Virus record (IMG/VR): IMGVR_UViG_2609460346_000008
From: a virus
Lineage: Duplodnaviria; Heunggongvirae; Uroviricota; Caudoviricetes
Length of the DNA stretch: 35,868 nucleotides
Strand: one strand, 5' to 3'
Part shown: positions 24,912 through 33,846 of the stretch, in pieces
Position numbering within the stretch: the stretch's first letter is position 1
Layout of the letters: each line of letters starts with the position of its first letter
Position numbers and translations under genes: made by a program
The notes under the pieces: model-generated
Told to the model about the DNA's origin: nothing
Database searches by the model: none
The model's input: only the letters and a program-made list of their open reading frames with translations

Positions 24912-25432
24912 TGTCAAAGATTGAGATAAACCGCATCACGAATGCCAACATCTATCTGGATGGTACTAACCTGCTGGGACGGGCTGAGGAAGTTAAACTC
25001 CCCGATGTCTCCATGATTATGCAGGAACACAAGGCGCTGGGGATGGTGGGTAAGGTGGAACTCCCGGCTGGTTTTGACAAACTGGAAGGCGAAATCAAAT
25101 GGAACAGCTTTTACCGCGATGCGATGCTGTCTGCCGCGAACCCGTACAGGTCGCTGGCACTGCAGTGTCGTTCCAGCGTCCAGCGCTACAGCTCGCAGGG
25201 GCTGATTGACGAAATCCCGCTGGTCACCTTCCTGACGATTATGTTCAAGAAGAACCCGCTGGGGACGTTCAAACAGCACGAGAACGCCGAGTTCTCCAGT
25301 AGCTTCACCTGCACGTATATCAGACAGGTACTGGATGGTGAAGAGCTGCTGCAACTGGACTATCTGGCCAACATCTTCCGGGTCGGCGGTGTTGATCAAC
25401 TGACTGACTACCGTATCAATATCGGGGGCTGA
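24911..25432 (+). CDS. Tail tube protein (Mu M-like)
   Basis: 173 aa; directly downstream of the sheath gene. Confidence 0.75.
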   Translation: MSKIEINRITNANIYLDGTNLLGRAEEVKLPDVSMIMQEHKALGMVGKVELPAGFDKLEGEIKWNSFYRDAMLSAANPYRSLALQCRSSVQRYSSQGLIDEIPLVTFLTIMFKKNPLGTFKQHENAEFSSSFTCTYIRQVLDGEELLQLDYLANIFRVGGVDQLTDYRINIGG

Positions 25433-25434
25433 CG

Positions 25435-25716
25435 GTGAGTGTTGAACTGACGGATAAAGGAGGACGATGTGCGGCACTGGGCATGTCAAATGGTACGTGG
25501 TTTACCCTCCTTGATATTCCGGGGGTGGAAACCCTTTTTAATACCCGTAAAACCAATGACCCGATTGACTGCACACGTTCAAAGGCCCGCAAACTGGCGG
25601 ATTTGATTGAAGCATGGGAGCCTCCCGACCACTGGTTCTCCGGCACCGGCAAATCTGAGGGAAAGACGCTTCTCATCGCTTTCCTGCGTAACTGCAAGGG
25701 GTTTCGCACTTGCTGA
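25435..25716 (+). CDS. Hypothetical protein (93 aa, GTG start)
   Basis: GTG at 25435 with GGGGG 6 nt upstream; followed by a terminator-like hairpin. Confidence 0.4.
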   Translation: MSVELTDKGGRCAALGMSNGTWFTLLDIPGVETLFNTRKTNDPIDCTRSKARKLADLIEAWEPPDHWFSGTGKSEGKTLLIAFLRNCKGFRTC

Positions 25717-25722
25717 CATCAC

Positions 25723-25745
25723 AGGGGCTCCGGCCCCTTCTTCTT
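25723..25745 (+). terminator. Rho-independent terminator/attenuator after the sheath-tube block
   Basis: 6-bp stem AGGGGC/GCCCCT with loop tccg (25723-25738), followed by TCTTCTT. Confidence 0.5.
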
Positions 25746-25762
25746 AATCTCCTTTAATATCC
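25744..25762 (+). promoter_or_regulatory. Putative late promoter element P3 (ttaatctccTTTAATATCc) upstream of the chaperone/tape-measure operon
   Basis: Copy of TTAA-N5-TTTAAWATC; 3' end 51 nt upstream of the ATG at 25814; a -10-like catact lies about 20 nt downstream of the motif. Confidence 0.4.
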
Positions 25763-25813
25763 GTCACGCGCTTCTCCCGACATACTGCCCTGAACTTACA
25801 CAGGAGCACAATC

Positions 25814-26149
25814 ATGTCACAGACCCCATCCGATACTTTTAAATTGTCTTATCCCTTCACCACTGCTGCAGGCACCAGAATTGAGCTGGTTGAACTGAAA
25901 CGCCTGACGGTAAAAGACCTGAAGCAGGTGCGCAAAATCAGCAAAAACCCGGCAGACTGGGACGAACCGCTGATTGCCCGCAGTACTGGTCTTCTCCCGG
26001 AGGATCTCGACAATATGGATCTGGCTGATTACCTGCAGTTACAGAAACGATTTCAGCTCATCACGGGGATGGGTGAGAGCAACCAGGGCGCTGACGCAGG
26101 CGCAGGGGCTGCTGGCGAGATGGTTCCGGTTTCAGCCGGGGGAGATTGA
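25814..26149 (+). CDS. Tail assembly chaperone (P2 E / Mu gp41-like)
   Basis: 111 aa; located between tube and tape measure; acidic Gly/Ala-rich C-terminus; overlapped by an alternative-frame ORF. Confidence 0.6.
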   Translation: MSQTPSDTFKLSYPFTTAAGTRIELVELKRLTVKDLKQVRKISKNPADWDEPLIARSTGLLPEDLDNMDLADYLQLQKRFQLITGMGESNQGADAGAGAAGEMVPVSAGGD

Positions 26150-26231
26150 TGCCCTCGATACTGACGATCTGGAGATGTGGCTGGAGCAGGCTGAAGAGCA
26201 AATCAAAAGCGAGTACGGCGACAAATCATAG
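25974..26231 (+). CDS. Alternative-frame extension ORF of the tail chaperone (probable frameshift product C-terminus)
   Basis: Overlaps the chaperone ORF in the +1 frame; acidic C-terminus typical of a chaperone extension; a G5 run at 26138-26142 lies in the overlap. Its own ATG has no RBS and is probably not used. Confidence 0.4.
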   Translation: MPAVLVFSRRISTIWIWLITCSYRNDFSSSRGWVRATRALTQAQGLLARWFRFQPGEIDALDTDDLEMWLEQAEEQIKSEYGDKS

Positions 26232-26236
26232 TACAG

Positions 26237-26257
26237 ACAGCCGCCAGTAGCGGCTGT
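26237..26257 (+). terminator. Hairpin (8-bp stem ACAGCCGC/GCGGCTGT, loop cagta) between chaperone and tape measure genes
   Basis: Read from sequence; weak downstream T-tract, so probably an attenuator or mRNA stability element. Confidence 0.3.
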
Positions 26258-26306
26258 TCTGCGTTATCCCCTCACGTCTTTTCACCTTCCCCGGAGGTTA
26301 ACCACT

Positions 26307-29300
26307 ATGTCGGGACAGTTTTCAGTCGGCGTTGTTATCGGCGGGATGATTGGCAGCACATTCCGTTCTGCAATGAGCGGTACCCGCCGTGCGCTTGATT
26401 CCCTGAGCGATACCTCACGCCGCCTGCAGGAACGTCAGAACGCTTTAACCCGTGCAACAGAACGTTATGGTCAACTGGGTTCTTCCCGGATGCAGCATCT
26501 CAACAGCGAGCTGCTGCGGGTAAGCCGCACCATGGAGCAAATTGAGCGCCAGCAGCGCCGTCTGTCAGCGGCATCCGCTACCAGTGATGCGCTGAAAGCT
26601 AACCGCATGGCGCTGTATGGTCAGGGGATTGAAGCGTATGGCATGGCACAGACTGTTTATCATACGGTTTCCCCTGCCGTTCAGCAGTCCATGTCTTTTC
26701 AGGACAAAATGATTGATATGTCGATCACCGCAAAATATGACAATAAAACGCGGGATGCACTTGCCGGACAGATAAAAGGCTGGGCGCTTAAATACAATCA
26801 GTATCAGGATGAGCTGCAGGAGGCGGTGGGTTCACTCATCAGCGACAATATTGATAATGTGTCAGATATCGGTTTTCTGATGCCGGATATTGCCCGCGCG
26901 GCAACGGCAACACGCACGTCTGCTCAGGACTGGGCAAAAGTGGCCGCAGTCTGGCAAAACTCCCTGAAAGGTGCGGCCAGAGATTTTGGTGCCGTTCAGA
27001 ATATTATGGCTTATGCCGGTGACCAGGGGTCATTTGAAATCCCGGATCAGGTCAAGTGGATGCAGTCCCTGGCCCCAATGATGGCGGGTATTGCCAGTGG
27101 AAAAGAGGCTGTTGCTGAAATCGGGGCCAGTCTCCAGATAGCAAAAATCGGTGCAGGTTCCACCGACGAAGCAGCCAATAATTTTAAAAACTTTCTTACC
27201 AAAATTTTTGCCCGCGATACTCAGAAACAGTTTGCTGATCTGGGTATTGATTTGCAGGGATCTATTGCGAGTTATAAGGCTGCGGGGATCTCTCCGATTG
27301 AAGGGATGTTGAGTGTTATAGAACGTTACCTCAATGCCAAAAGCCCCGAAGCGCTGGCCGGCTTCAAATCCGCCATGAAAATAAAGAATGATACGGCAAG
27401 AGATGAGGCACTTCAGGCTCTGGCGAAAAACTTTGGTCTGGGTGATATGTTCGCGGATATGCAGGTCATGGCATTTATCCGCCCGATGCTGGCCAACATG
27501 GACAGATATCGAGAGATCCGTGCCGGTGCTCTCAGGGCTGCGGATAACGATTTGCTTGCCAGTGCTTACGATCAGCGACTGAAATCTCCCCTTGAAGCCA
27601 CTAAAACACTTATGGTCAGCAGTCGCGATCTGGCAATTACGCTGGGCGATCAATTAGCTCCATCTTTTATTTCTTTGACTCAGGAACTGCTTCCACTCAT
27701 TCAGGGGGCAAAACACTGGGTAGCGACTCACCCGCAATTTGTCAGTGGGGCTTTTAAGCTCATCAGTGCGCTCCTTGCGATTAAGATAGCGACTGTTGGT
27801 CTCAAACTGGGGCTGAATCTCCTTATTTCCCCCTTTGTAAGTGTCTGGAAAAATGCTGTTTTACTCCGGACCAACTGGCATCGACTGACTACCGCACTCG
27901 GAGAAGGTGGCAAATTACGCTGGCTTGTCACTGGATTCAGCCGACTGACCAGCGGAGGACTGAAACTCAGCAAAGTTCTGGCGGGCAGCCTCGTTCGCGG
28001 TTTTATGAGCGCTGCACGTGCCGTTCTCTGGATTGGGCGAGCGCTGATGATGAATCCCATCGGTCTCGTTATCACCGCTGTCGCGGCAGCAGCTTACCTT
28101 ATCTACCGCAACTGGGGGGCTGTCAGTGGTTGGTTTAAACAGCGCTGGGCTGACATTCAGGAAGCCTTTAACGGCGGCATTGTGGGAACTGGTAAGTTGC
28201 TGATTAACTGGTCGCCGGCAGGCCTGCTCTATAAAGCCTTTGCGGCTGCGCTGAAATATTTCGGCGTTGCTCTGCCGGCAAAGTTCACCGACTTCGGTGG
28301 CCATCTTATCGACGGTCTGATTAACGGTATCAAAAGCAAATGGGGGTCGCTCAAATCCAGTGTAACCGGAATGGGTGACAGCATCAGTAGCTGGTTTAAA
28401 CAGCGCTGGGCTGACATTCAGGAAGCCTTTAACGGCGGCATTGTGGGAACTGGTAAGTTGCTGATTAACTGGTCGCCGGCAGGCCTGCTCTATAAAGCCT
28501 TTGCGGCTGCGCTGAAATATTTCGGCGTTACTCTGCCGGCAAAGTTCACCGACTTCGGTGGCCATCTTATCGACGGTCTGATTAACGGTATCAAAAACAA
28601 ATGGGGGTCGCTCAAATCCAGTGTAACCGGAATGGGTGACAGCATCAGTAGCTGGTTTAAACAGTGCTGGGCTGACATTCAGGAAGCCTTTAACGGCGGT
28701 ATCGCGGGAACTGGTAAGCTGCTGATTAACTGGTCGCCGGCAGGTCTGCTCTATAAAGCCTTTGCAGCTGCGCTGAAATATCTTGGTGTTGATCTGCCGG
28801 CAAAGTTTACCGACTTCGGTGGCCATCTTGTCGATGGTCTGATTAACGGTATCAAAAACAAATGGGAGTCGCTCAAATCCAGTGTAACCGGAATGGGCGA
28901 CAGCATCAGTGGCTGGTTCAGCGAAAAGCTGGGCATTCATTCGCCGAGCCGCGTGTTTATGGGCTTTGGTGACAATATCGCGCAGGGGGCCGCCATTGGC
29001 CTGCAGCGGACCACTCCGCTTGCAGCTCTGGCCGGGCAGCGAATGGCCAGTGAACTGCTCCCCAGAATGCCCGTGAGCATTCAGGGGCCAGAAATACGGG
29101 ATAACACTTCAGGTGTTCGCTTCAGTATGCCGTTGCCCGATATCAATGGGTTTATGTCGTCTGCTAAAAATGCGATCGGAGCCGTAATCAATAGTTTGTC
29201 TTCCATGCCCGCTATCCCGCTCTCCACCCGGGCATCGATTTTACCAGGGCAACGTCTGGCAAATGAGATGACACCGGATGTTCCCCGTATCCCCTCGCCT

Positions 29301-29519
29301 GAAATCATGGCTGCCGGATATTCAGGCCGTGGTGCAGCTGCAACCGGCGGTGGAACGTCTGGTGGTATCCAGGTCAGCTTTAATCCTCAGTTTTTCCTCA
29401 ATGGCAGGGAAACCACAGCGCCTGCAGGACTGACTGGTGCCCTGAATATGAGTCTGCATGAGCTGGAAAAAATGCTGGAGCGTCTGCTGGCTCAGAAACA
29501 ACGTAAGGAGTACCGCTGA
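26307..29519 (+). CDS. Tail tape measure protein (1070 aa) with internal tandem repeats
   Basis: Longest ORF in the tail module; GGAGG RBS 9 nt upstream; Ala/Gly-rich helical regions plus hydrophobic segments; three 87-aa tandem repeats. Confidence 0.9.
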   Translation: MSGQFSVGVVIGGMIGSTFRSAMSGTRRALDSLSDTSRRLQERQNALTRATERYGQLGSSRMQHLNSELLRVSRTMEQIERQQRRLSAASATSDALKANRMALYGQGIEAYGMAQTVYHTVSPAVQQSMSFQDKMIDMSITAKYDNKTRDALAGQIKGWALKYNQYQDELQEAVGSLISDNIDNVSDIGFLMPDIARAATATRTSAQDWAKVAAVWQNSLKGAARDFGAVQNIMAYAGDQGSFEIPDQVKWMQSLAPMMAGIASGKEAVAEIGASLQIAKIGAGSTDEAANNFKNFLTKIFARDTQKQFADLGIDLQGSIASYKAAGISPIEGMLSVIERYLNAKSPEALAGFKSAMKIKNDTARDEALQALAKNFGLGDMFADMQVMAFIRPMLANMDRYREIRAGALRAADNDLLASAYDQRLKSPLEATKTLMVSSRDLAITLGDQLAPSFISLTQELLPLIQGAKHWVATHPQFVSGAFKLISALLAIKIATVGLKLGLNLLISPFVSVWKNAVLLRTNWHRLTTALGEGGKLRWLVTGFSRLTSGGLKLSKVLAGSLVRGFMSAARAVLWIGRALMMNPIGLVITAVAAAAYLIYRNWGAVSGWFKQRWADIQEAFNGGIVGTGKLLINWSPAGLLYKAFAAALKYFGVALPAKFTDFGGHLIDGLINGIKSKWGSLKSSVTGMGDSISSWFKQRWADIQEAFNGGIVGTGKLLINWSPAGLLYKAFAAALKYFGVTLPAKFTDFGGHLIDGLINGIKNKWGSLKSSVTGMGDSISSWFKQCWADIQEAFNGGIAGTGKLLINWSPAGLLYKAFAAALKYLGVDLPAKFTDFGGHLVDGLINGIKNKWESLKSSVTGMGDSISGWFSEKLGIHSPSRVFMGFGDNIAQGAAIGLQRTTPLAALAGQRMASELLPRMPVSIQGPEIRDNTSGVRFSMPLPDINGFMSSAKNAIGAVINSLSSMPAIPLSTRASILPGQRLANEMTPDVPRIPSPEIMAAGYSGRGAAATGGGTSGGIQVSFNPQFFLNGRETTAPAGLTGALNMSLHELEKMLERLLAQKQRKEYR
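28131..28913 (+). repeat. Three in-frame tandem repeats of 261 bp (87 aa) inside the tape measure gene
   Basis: Unit starts at 28131, 28392 and 28653 (tggtttaaacagcgctgggctgacattcaggaagcc...); copies 1 and 2 nearly identical, copy 3 slightly diverged. Confidence 0.9.
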
Positions 29520-30403
29520 TGTTTGCCGTACTGGGTGATATTGAGTTTGAGCTGATTACCTACTGGGACGGCTTCGAGGCCACGTTCGGCGTCGATTATG
29601 CGGAGCATGCCCGCATCGGGGGTAAGCCTGGCCTGCAGTTCGTCGGCGACAGGCTGGACGAAATCCAGATAACTCTGGTTTTCCATCAGCATTATTGTGT
29701 ACCCGATGTGGAGCTGGCGAGACTGCGAACAGCCATGAAAGCCCATCAGGCACTGGCGCTGGTCTTCGGCAACGGTGACTATCGCGGCTGGTTCGTGATT
29801 ACCGATGTGACCGCAACCAGCGAGCAGACTGACAGTACCGGCAACGTGCTGGCTGTCAGTGCCACCGTGTCTCTCCGGGAATACACCGGTGACCCGAAAA
29901 ATCCTCTGCAACCACCGGCAATACGCACGAAGCTCCCGGGTGTCGGGGCGGTCTCCGGTGCCATACCTTCACCTTCAGGGGTGGCGCAGTTCATCCGCAA
30001 CGGCGTCAACTATGCGAAACAGGCGCAGTCTGTACTCCAGACCACTATCAGCGCCGTTCGGGTGACACAGAAAATGAAGGATAACCCCGTTGTCGCACTG
30101 ACCCGTGTGCCGGGGCTGATGAGCGGACTGGGTAATATCTCCGGGGCTCTGGGGAAAAGTGTTCCGGCGTTTAACGCACTCTCTGAATCCATGCCCGATG
30201 CCATCAGTCTGGCCAGAACAGCCAGCGAAGCAGCCACGTATGTACAGCAGGCACAGTCTGCGCTGAGTGGTGTGGACAAAAGAAATATTGCAGGTGCTCT
30301 GGATACCGTTTCCGGGCAGCTTAACGCCGCCGGCACAGCATTCAACCGCATGTCTCCGGGATTAAGTGCAATGGCCGCCAGAATACTGACGAGGAGTGTG
30401 TGA
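29519..30403 (+). CDS. Tail protein with P2 gpU-like N-terminal domain and Ala/Ser-rich C-terminal extension
   Basis: ATGA overlap with the tape measure stop; AAGGAG RBS; N-terminal segment ...GNGDYRGWFVITDVTATSE... resembles the gpU tail-completion fold. Confidence 0.55.
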   Translation: MFAVLGDIEFELITYWDGFEATFGVDYAEHARIGGKPGLQFVGDRLDEIQITLVFHQHYCVPDVELARLRTAMKAHQALALVFGNGDYRGWFVITDVTATSEQTDSTGNVLAVSATVSLREYTGDPKNPLQPPAIRTKLPGVGAVSGAIPSPSGVAQFIRNGVNYAKQAQSVLQTTISAVRVTQKMKDNPVVALTRVPGLMSGLGNISGALGKSVPAFNALSESMPDAISLARTASEAATYVQQAQSALSGVDKRNIAGALDTVSGQLNAAGTAFNRMSPGLSAMAARILTRSV

Positions 30404-30615
30404 TGTTTCTTGAACATGTTACCCGTGACGGAGAGCGCTGGGATTCGCTGGCATGGCAGTACTACGGTGACCCGCTGGGCTATCCCCGGATTATTGCCGC
30501 CAATCCGCACGTGGCCATCACGCCGGTGCTGCCCTCCGGGCTGTTGTTACTGATCCCGGTGATTGAGGCTGAAGAAGCCCGTACAGAAGAGGATATTGCC
30601 CCATGGCTGAGATAA
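30403..30615 (+). CDS. Tail protein X (P2 gpX-like, LysM-like)
   Basis: 70 aa; GAGGAG 6 nt upstream of the ATG at 30403 (track starts at the GTG at 30400). Confidence 0.6.
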   Translation: MFLEHVTRDGERWDSLAWQYYGDPLGYPRIIAANPHVAITPVLPSGLLLLIPVIEAEEARTEEDIAPWLR

Positions 30616-31757
30616 ACAGCACTGCGCAAGTCACATCAGCGTTAACCAGCGTCAGCGATGTGCTGACACCGGTGTTCACTCTGTGGTATCTGCAGAAAAA
30701 CATCACCTCTGATATCGCGCCTTATGTCACCCGTGTGACCTGGAGCGATAACATCAAAAATGAGTCCGATACCATTGAGGTGGAGCTGGACGACACCGAT
30801 GGCCGCTGGCTGGATAAGTGGTATCCGGGCAAGGGTGACACGCTGACGCTGAAAATGGGCTATCAGGGCGAGAAGCTGCTGTCCTGCGGTACGTTCTCTA
30901 TAGACGAGATCGAAGTGAGTTCGCCCGCTTCCGTTGTTTCTATCCGTGGGGTGGCCACCTCGGTTAACAGTGCCCTGCGGACTAAAACCAGTCGTGGTTT
31001 TGAGAACACCACGCTGGCAGCTGTTGCGGGGCGGATTGCCAGAAAGCACCGACTGAAACTGGTGGGCAGCATTGAGTCCATCAGAATCGACCGGGTGACC
31101 CAGTATGCTGAAACCGACGTGGGTTTTCTGCGCCGGCTGGCCAGCGAGTATGGTTATGCAGTGAAAGTGGTCAGTGACCAGCTGATTTTTTCTCATCTGG
31201 CCACACTGCGCAGTCAGGAGCCGGTCAGGCAGTTAAAACCGCAGGATGTGGCCCGCTTTTCCCTGCGTGACACCATCAACCGGGTCTATAAATCTGCAAA
31301 GGTAAAACACCAGAAAAGCAGCAGTAAAAAACTGATCGTCTACGAAGCTGATGGTGGTACCCGTGAAAGCGACAAAAAGCTCAAAGGTGGTAAGGTTACC
31401 AGCGCTGACTCACTTAAAGTTAACAGCCGCGTCAGCGACCCGGACAGTGCCCGGATTAAAGCGGATTCAGCACTGGCCAGACATAACGAATACCAGCAGA
31501 ACGGCTCCCTGACGCTGACGGGAACACCTCAACTGACAGCAGGCAACAAAATTGAACTGGTGAGTTTTGGGCAGTTATCCGGGCCATGGCTCATAACCAC
31601 TGCCCGCCATGCGTTTGACCGTAACAGCGGCTACACCACAGAGCTGGAAGTGGCACGGGGGCCAGTCACAAGAGGGAAAAAACAAAAAACTCAGAAACTC
31701 ACGGTTTATCACCCGGATGGCAGTACATCGACGGTGATTAAGGAGAAGAAAAAATGA
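30603..31757 (+). CDS. Tail protein D (P2 gpD-like; baseplate hub/late control D family)
   Basis: 384 aa; overlaps the gpX-like gene's 3' end; position upstream of the V/W/J/I baseplate genes. Confidence 0.7.
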   Translation: MAEINSTAQVTSALTSVSDVLTPVFTLWYLQKNITSDIAPYVTRVTWSDNIKNESDTIEVELDDTDGRWLDKWYPGKGDTLTLKMGYQGEKLLSCGTFSIDEIEVSSPASVVSIRGVATSVNSALRTKTSRGFENTTLAAVAGRIARKHRLKLVGSIESIRIDRVTQYAETDVGFLRRLASEYGYAVKVVSDQLIFSHLATLRSQEPVRQLKPQDVARFSLRDTINRVYKSAKVKHQKSSSKKLIVYEADGGTRESDKKLKGGKVTSADSLKVNSRVSDPDSARIKADSALARHNEYQQNGSLTLTGTPQLTAGNKIELVSFGQLSGPWLITTARHAFDRNSGYTTELEVARGPVTRGKKQKTQKLTVYHPDGSTSTVIKEKKK

Positions 31758-32350
31758 CTGGTGTCACTCGTCAGGTCGGTACGGTCAGTGCCGTTGATGC
31801 CGACAGGGTTCAGGCCCGCGTTCGTCTGCCTGAATGCGATAACCTGCGCACAAACTGGCTTAACGTGCTGCAGCGCAATACCCAGGATAACAAAGATTAC
31901 TGGCTCCCTGACGTGGGGGAGCAGGTTGAGGTGCTGCTCGATGCCAACGGCGAGGATGGTGTTATTCTGGGCGCGGTGTATTCAGACGTCGATAAACCAC
32001 CGTTCAGTGACAAAAATATCCGGGGAACCCGGTTTGCTGATGGTGCAGAGTACAGCTACAACCGGAAGACGCACACTCTGATCATCCGGGGCGGCATTGA
32101 GCATATTGTCATTGAGTGTGGTGCTGATGTGGTATTGAAAACACAGAAAGCCACGATTGACGCACCGGAAACCGAACTTACCGGAGATCTGCGTGTCAGG
32201 GGTAAGCTGATTTACGAAGGAGGCATGGCGGGGTCTGGTGGTGAAGGTGTTACCGCGACCATCCATGGCAATATCGAGATTAAAGGGAATGCCCATGCCA
32301 CGGGCAGTATGTTGTCTGATGGCGAAAACTCCAGCCACCACTCCCACTGA
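31754..32350 (+). CDS. Baseplate spike protein (P2 gpV-like)
   Basis: 198 aa; ATGA coupling to the D-like gene; Gly-rich C-terminus with a His-rich tip (SSHHSH) consistent with a spike apex. Confidence 0.7.
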   Translation: MTGVTRQVGTVSAVDADRVQARVRLPECDNLRTNWLNVLQRNTQDNKDYWLPDVGEQVEVLLDANGEDGVILGAVYSDVDKPPFSDKNIRGTRFADGAEYSYNRKTHTLIIRGGIEHIVIECGADVVLKTQKATIDAPETELTGDLRVRGKLIYEGGMAGSGGEGVTATIHGNIEIKGNAHATGSMLSDGENSSHHSH

Positions 32351-32355
32351 GCTTT

Positions 32356-32374
32356 TTAAACGCCTTTAATATCA
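32356..32374 (+). promoter_or_regulatory. Putative late promoter element P4 (ttaaacgccTTTAATATCa) upstream of the W-J-I-fibre operon
   Basis: Copy of TTAA-N5-TTTAAWATC; 3' end 30 nt upstream of the ATG at 32405; a -10-like aatact lies about 20 nt downstream. Confidence 0.4.
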
Positions 32375-32386
32375 GCGTTCCCGCAC

Positions 32387-32404
32387 GGGGGCAATACTGC
32401 CCCC
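32387..32404 (+). promoter_or_regulatory. Hairpin (GGGGGCA/TGCCCCC, loop atac) abutting the gpW start codon and covering the RBS position
   Basis: 7-bp perfect inverted repeat ending 1 nt before the ATG at 32405; the G-run that would serve as RBS is inside the stem. Confidence 0.35.
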
Positions 32405-32752
32405 ATGAAAACAACCTCAGTATTCTGGCAACCAGCCCTGCAGGCTCCCGGCGAAATTGTCCGGGGGCTGGATGATATCCGGCAGGCGATTCAAATTATC
32501 CTGCGGACTCCCCGCGGCAGCGACCCGCATCGCCCGGAGTTCGGCAGCAATCTGCATCTTTATATCGACTGGCCTGTAGACCGGGCCATTCCGCATGTGG
32601 TGCGCGAATCCGTCGATGCCATCCGGCGCTGGGAGCCCCGCTGCCAGCTTATGTCAGTTAAACCCGCCGTCGACGGCGAACATCTTACGCTCCGGGTGAG
32701 CTGGAAAGGCTCAGACGGACAGACCCGGACTCAGGAGCTGCTATGGCGCTGA
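32405..32752 (+). CDS. Baseplate protein W (P2 gpW / T4 gp25-like)
   Basis: 115 aa; position and size fit the gpW/gp25 family; followed by overlapping J-like gene. Confidence 0.7.
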   Translation: MKTTSVFWQPALQAPGEIVRGLDDIRQAIQIILRTPRGSDPHRPEFGSNLHLYIDWPVDRAIPHVVRESVDAIRRWEPRCQLMSVKPAVDGEHLTLRVSWKGSDGQTRTQELLWR

Positions 32753-33846
32753 CAGAACCCGATTTTATTGAACGCGATGCCGACAAAATCACGGCAGAAA
32801 TGATTGCGAAGTATGAAGCGGATACCGGCAAAACGCTGTACCCGGCACAGGCAGAACGTCTGCTGATTGATCTGTGGGCCTATCGCGAAATGCTGGTCAG
32901 GGTTGCGGTACAGGAGGCAGCAAAGCAGAATCTGGTCGCCTTTGCCCGTGAGCCGATGATTGATTACCTCGGTGAACTGGTTGGTGTATACCGTCTTGCC
33001 GCGCAGCCTGCCACCACCACGCTCCAGTTCTCCGTAGATGAGGCACTGGCCATTGATGTGCTGATCCCGGCAGGCACCCGCGTCAGCGCTTCCGACAGCG
33101 TTATTTTTGCCACCGATACAGATGTGGTACTGAAGGCCGGATTGCTGCTGGTCAATGTCACGTCCACCTGTACCGAACCCGGTACCGCTGGTAACGGCTG
33201 GCAACCTGCGCAGGTCAGTCAGTTACTCGATGAGATTGATAACGTCGACATGCTGGTGAGCAATCTGACGGCCAGTTCCGGCGGTTCAGAACAGGAAGAC
33301 GATGACAGGCTCCGGGAGCGTATCAGGCTGGCCCCGGAGTCATTCACCAATGCCGGAAGCCGTGGCGCATACCGCTTTCATGCCATGCAGGCCCATCCCA
33401 ACATTGTCGATGTTGCTGTGCTTTCCCCGGTTCCCGGGACCGTAGATCTGTATCCGCTGCTCAGTACCGGTCTGCCGGACGGCGGTGTTCTCACGCTGGT
33501 AGAGAGTTTCTGCTCTGATGAGAAAGTCAGGCCACTCACTGATACAGTGCGGGCTAAAACACCAGTGAAGGTGGATTACACCATTGAAGCCAGGATTACG
33601 ATCTATCGTGATCAGGATGCCAGGTCTGTAAAAGATGCCGCTAACAGCGCCATACAGAACTGGGTGGCATCACGTGCCGCCACGCTGGGGCGTGATATTG
33701 TCCCCAGCCAGATTATCAGTGCATTGTCCGTTTCCGGGGTGTACCAGGTTGAACTGGTGAAACCGGCACTGAGGGTGGTGGCAGAAAACGAATGGGCAAA
33801 CTGTACGGCGATCACACTTAACATGAGTGGAGTGTCTGATGACTGA
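32743..33846 (+). CDS. Baseplate protein J (P2 gpJ-like)
   Basis: 367 aa; overlaps the W-like gene's 3' end by 10 nt; followed by the I-like gene. Confidence 0.75.
   Translation: MALTEPDFIERDADKITAEMIAKYEADTGKTLYPAQAERLLIDLWAYREMLVRVAVQEAAKQNLVAFAREPMIDYLGELVGVYRLAAQPATTTLQFSVDEALAIDVLIPAGTRVSASDSVIFATDTDVVLKAGLLLVNVTSTCTEPGTAGNGWQPAQVSQLLDEIDNVDMLVSNLTASSGGSEQEDDDRLRERIRLAPESFTNAGSRGAYRFHAMQAHPNIVDVAVLSPVPGTVDLYPLLSTGLPDGGVLTLVESFCSDEKVRPLTDTVRAKTPVKVDYTIEARITIYRDQDARSVKDAANSAIQNWVASRAATLGRDIVPSQIISALSVSGVYQVELVKPALRVVAENEWANCTAITLNMSGVSDD

Noticed and set aside
27915-28940. 341-aa minus-strand ORF plus three 61-62-aa minus ORFs (28229-28417, 28490-28678, 28751-28936)
   Set aside because: All lie inside the tape measure gene; the three small ones are reverse-strand images of the 261-bp tandem repeat and recur with the same period.
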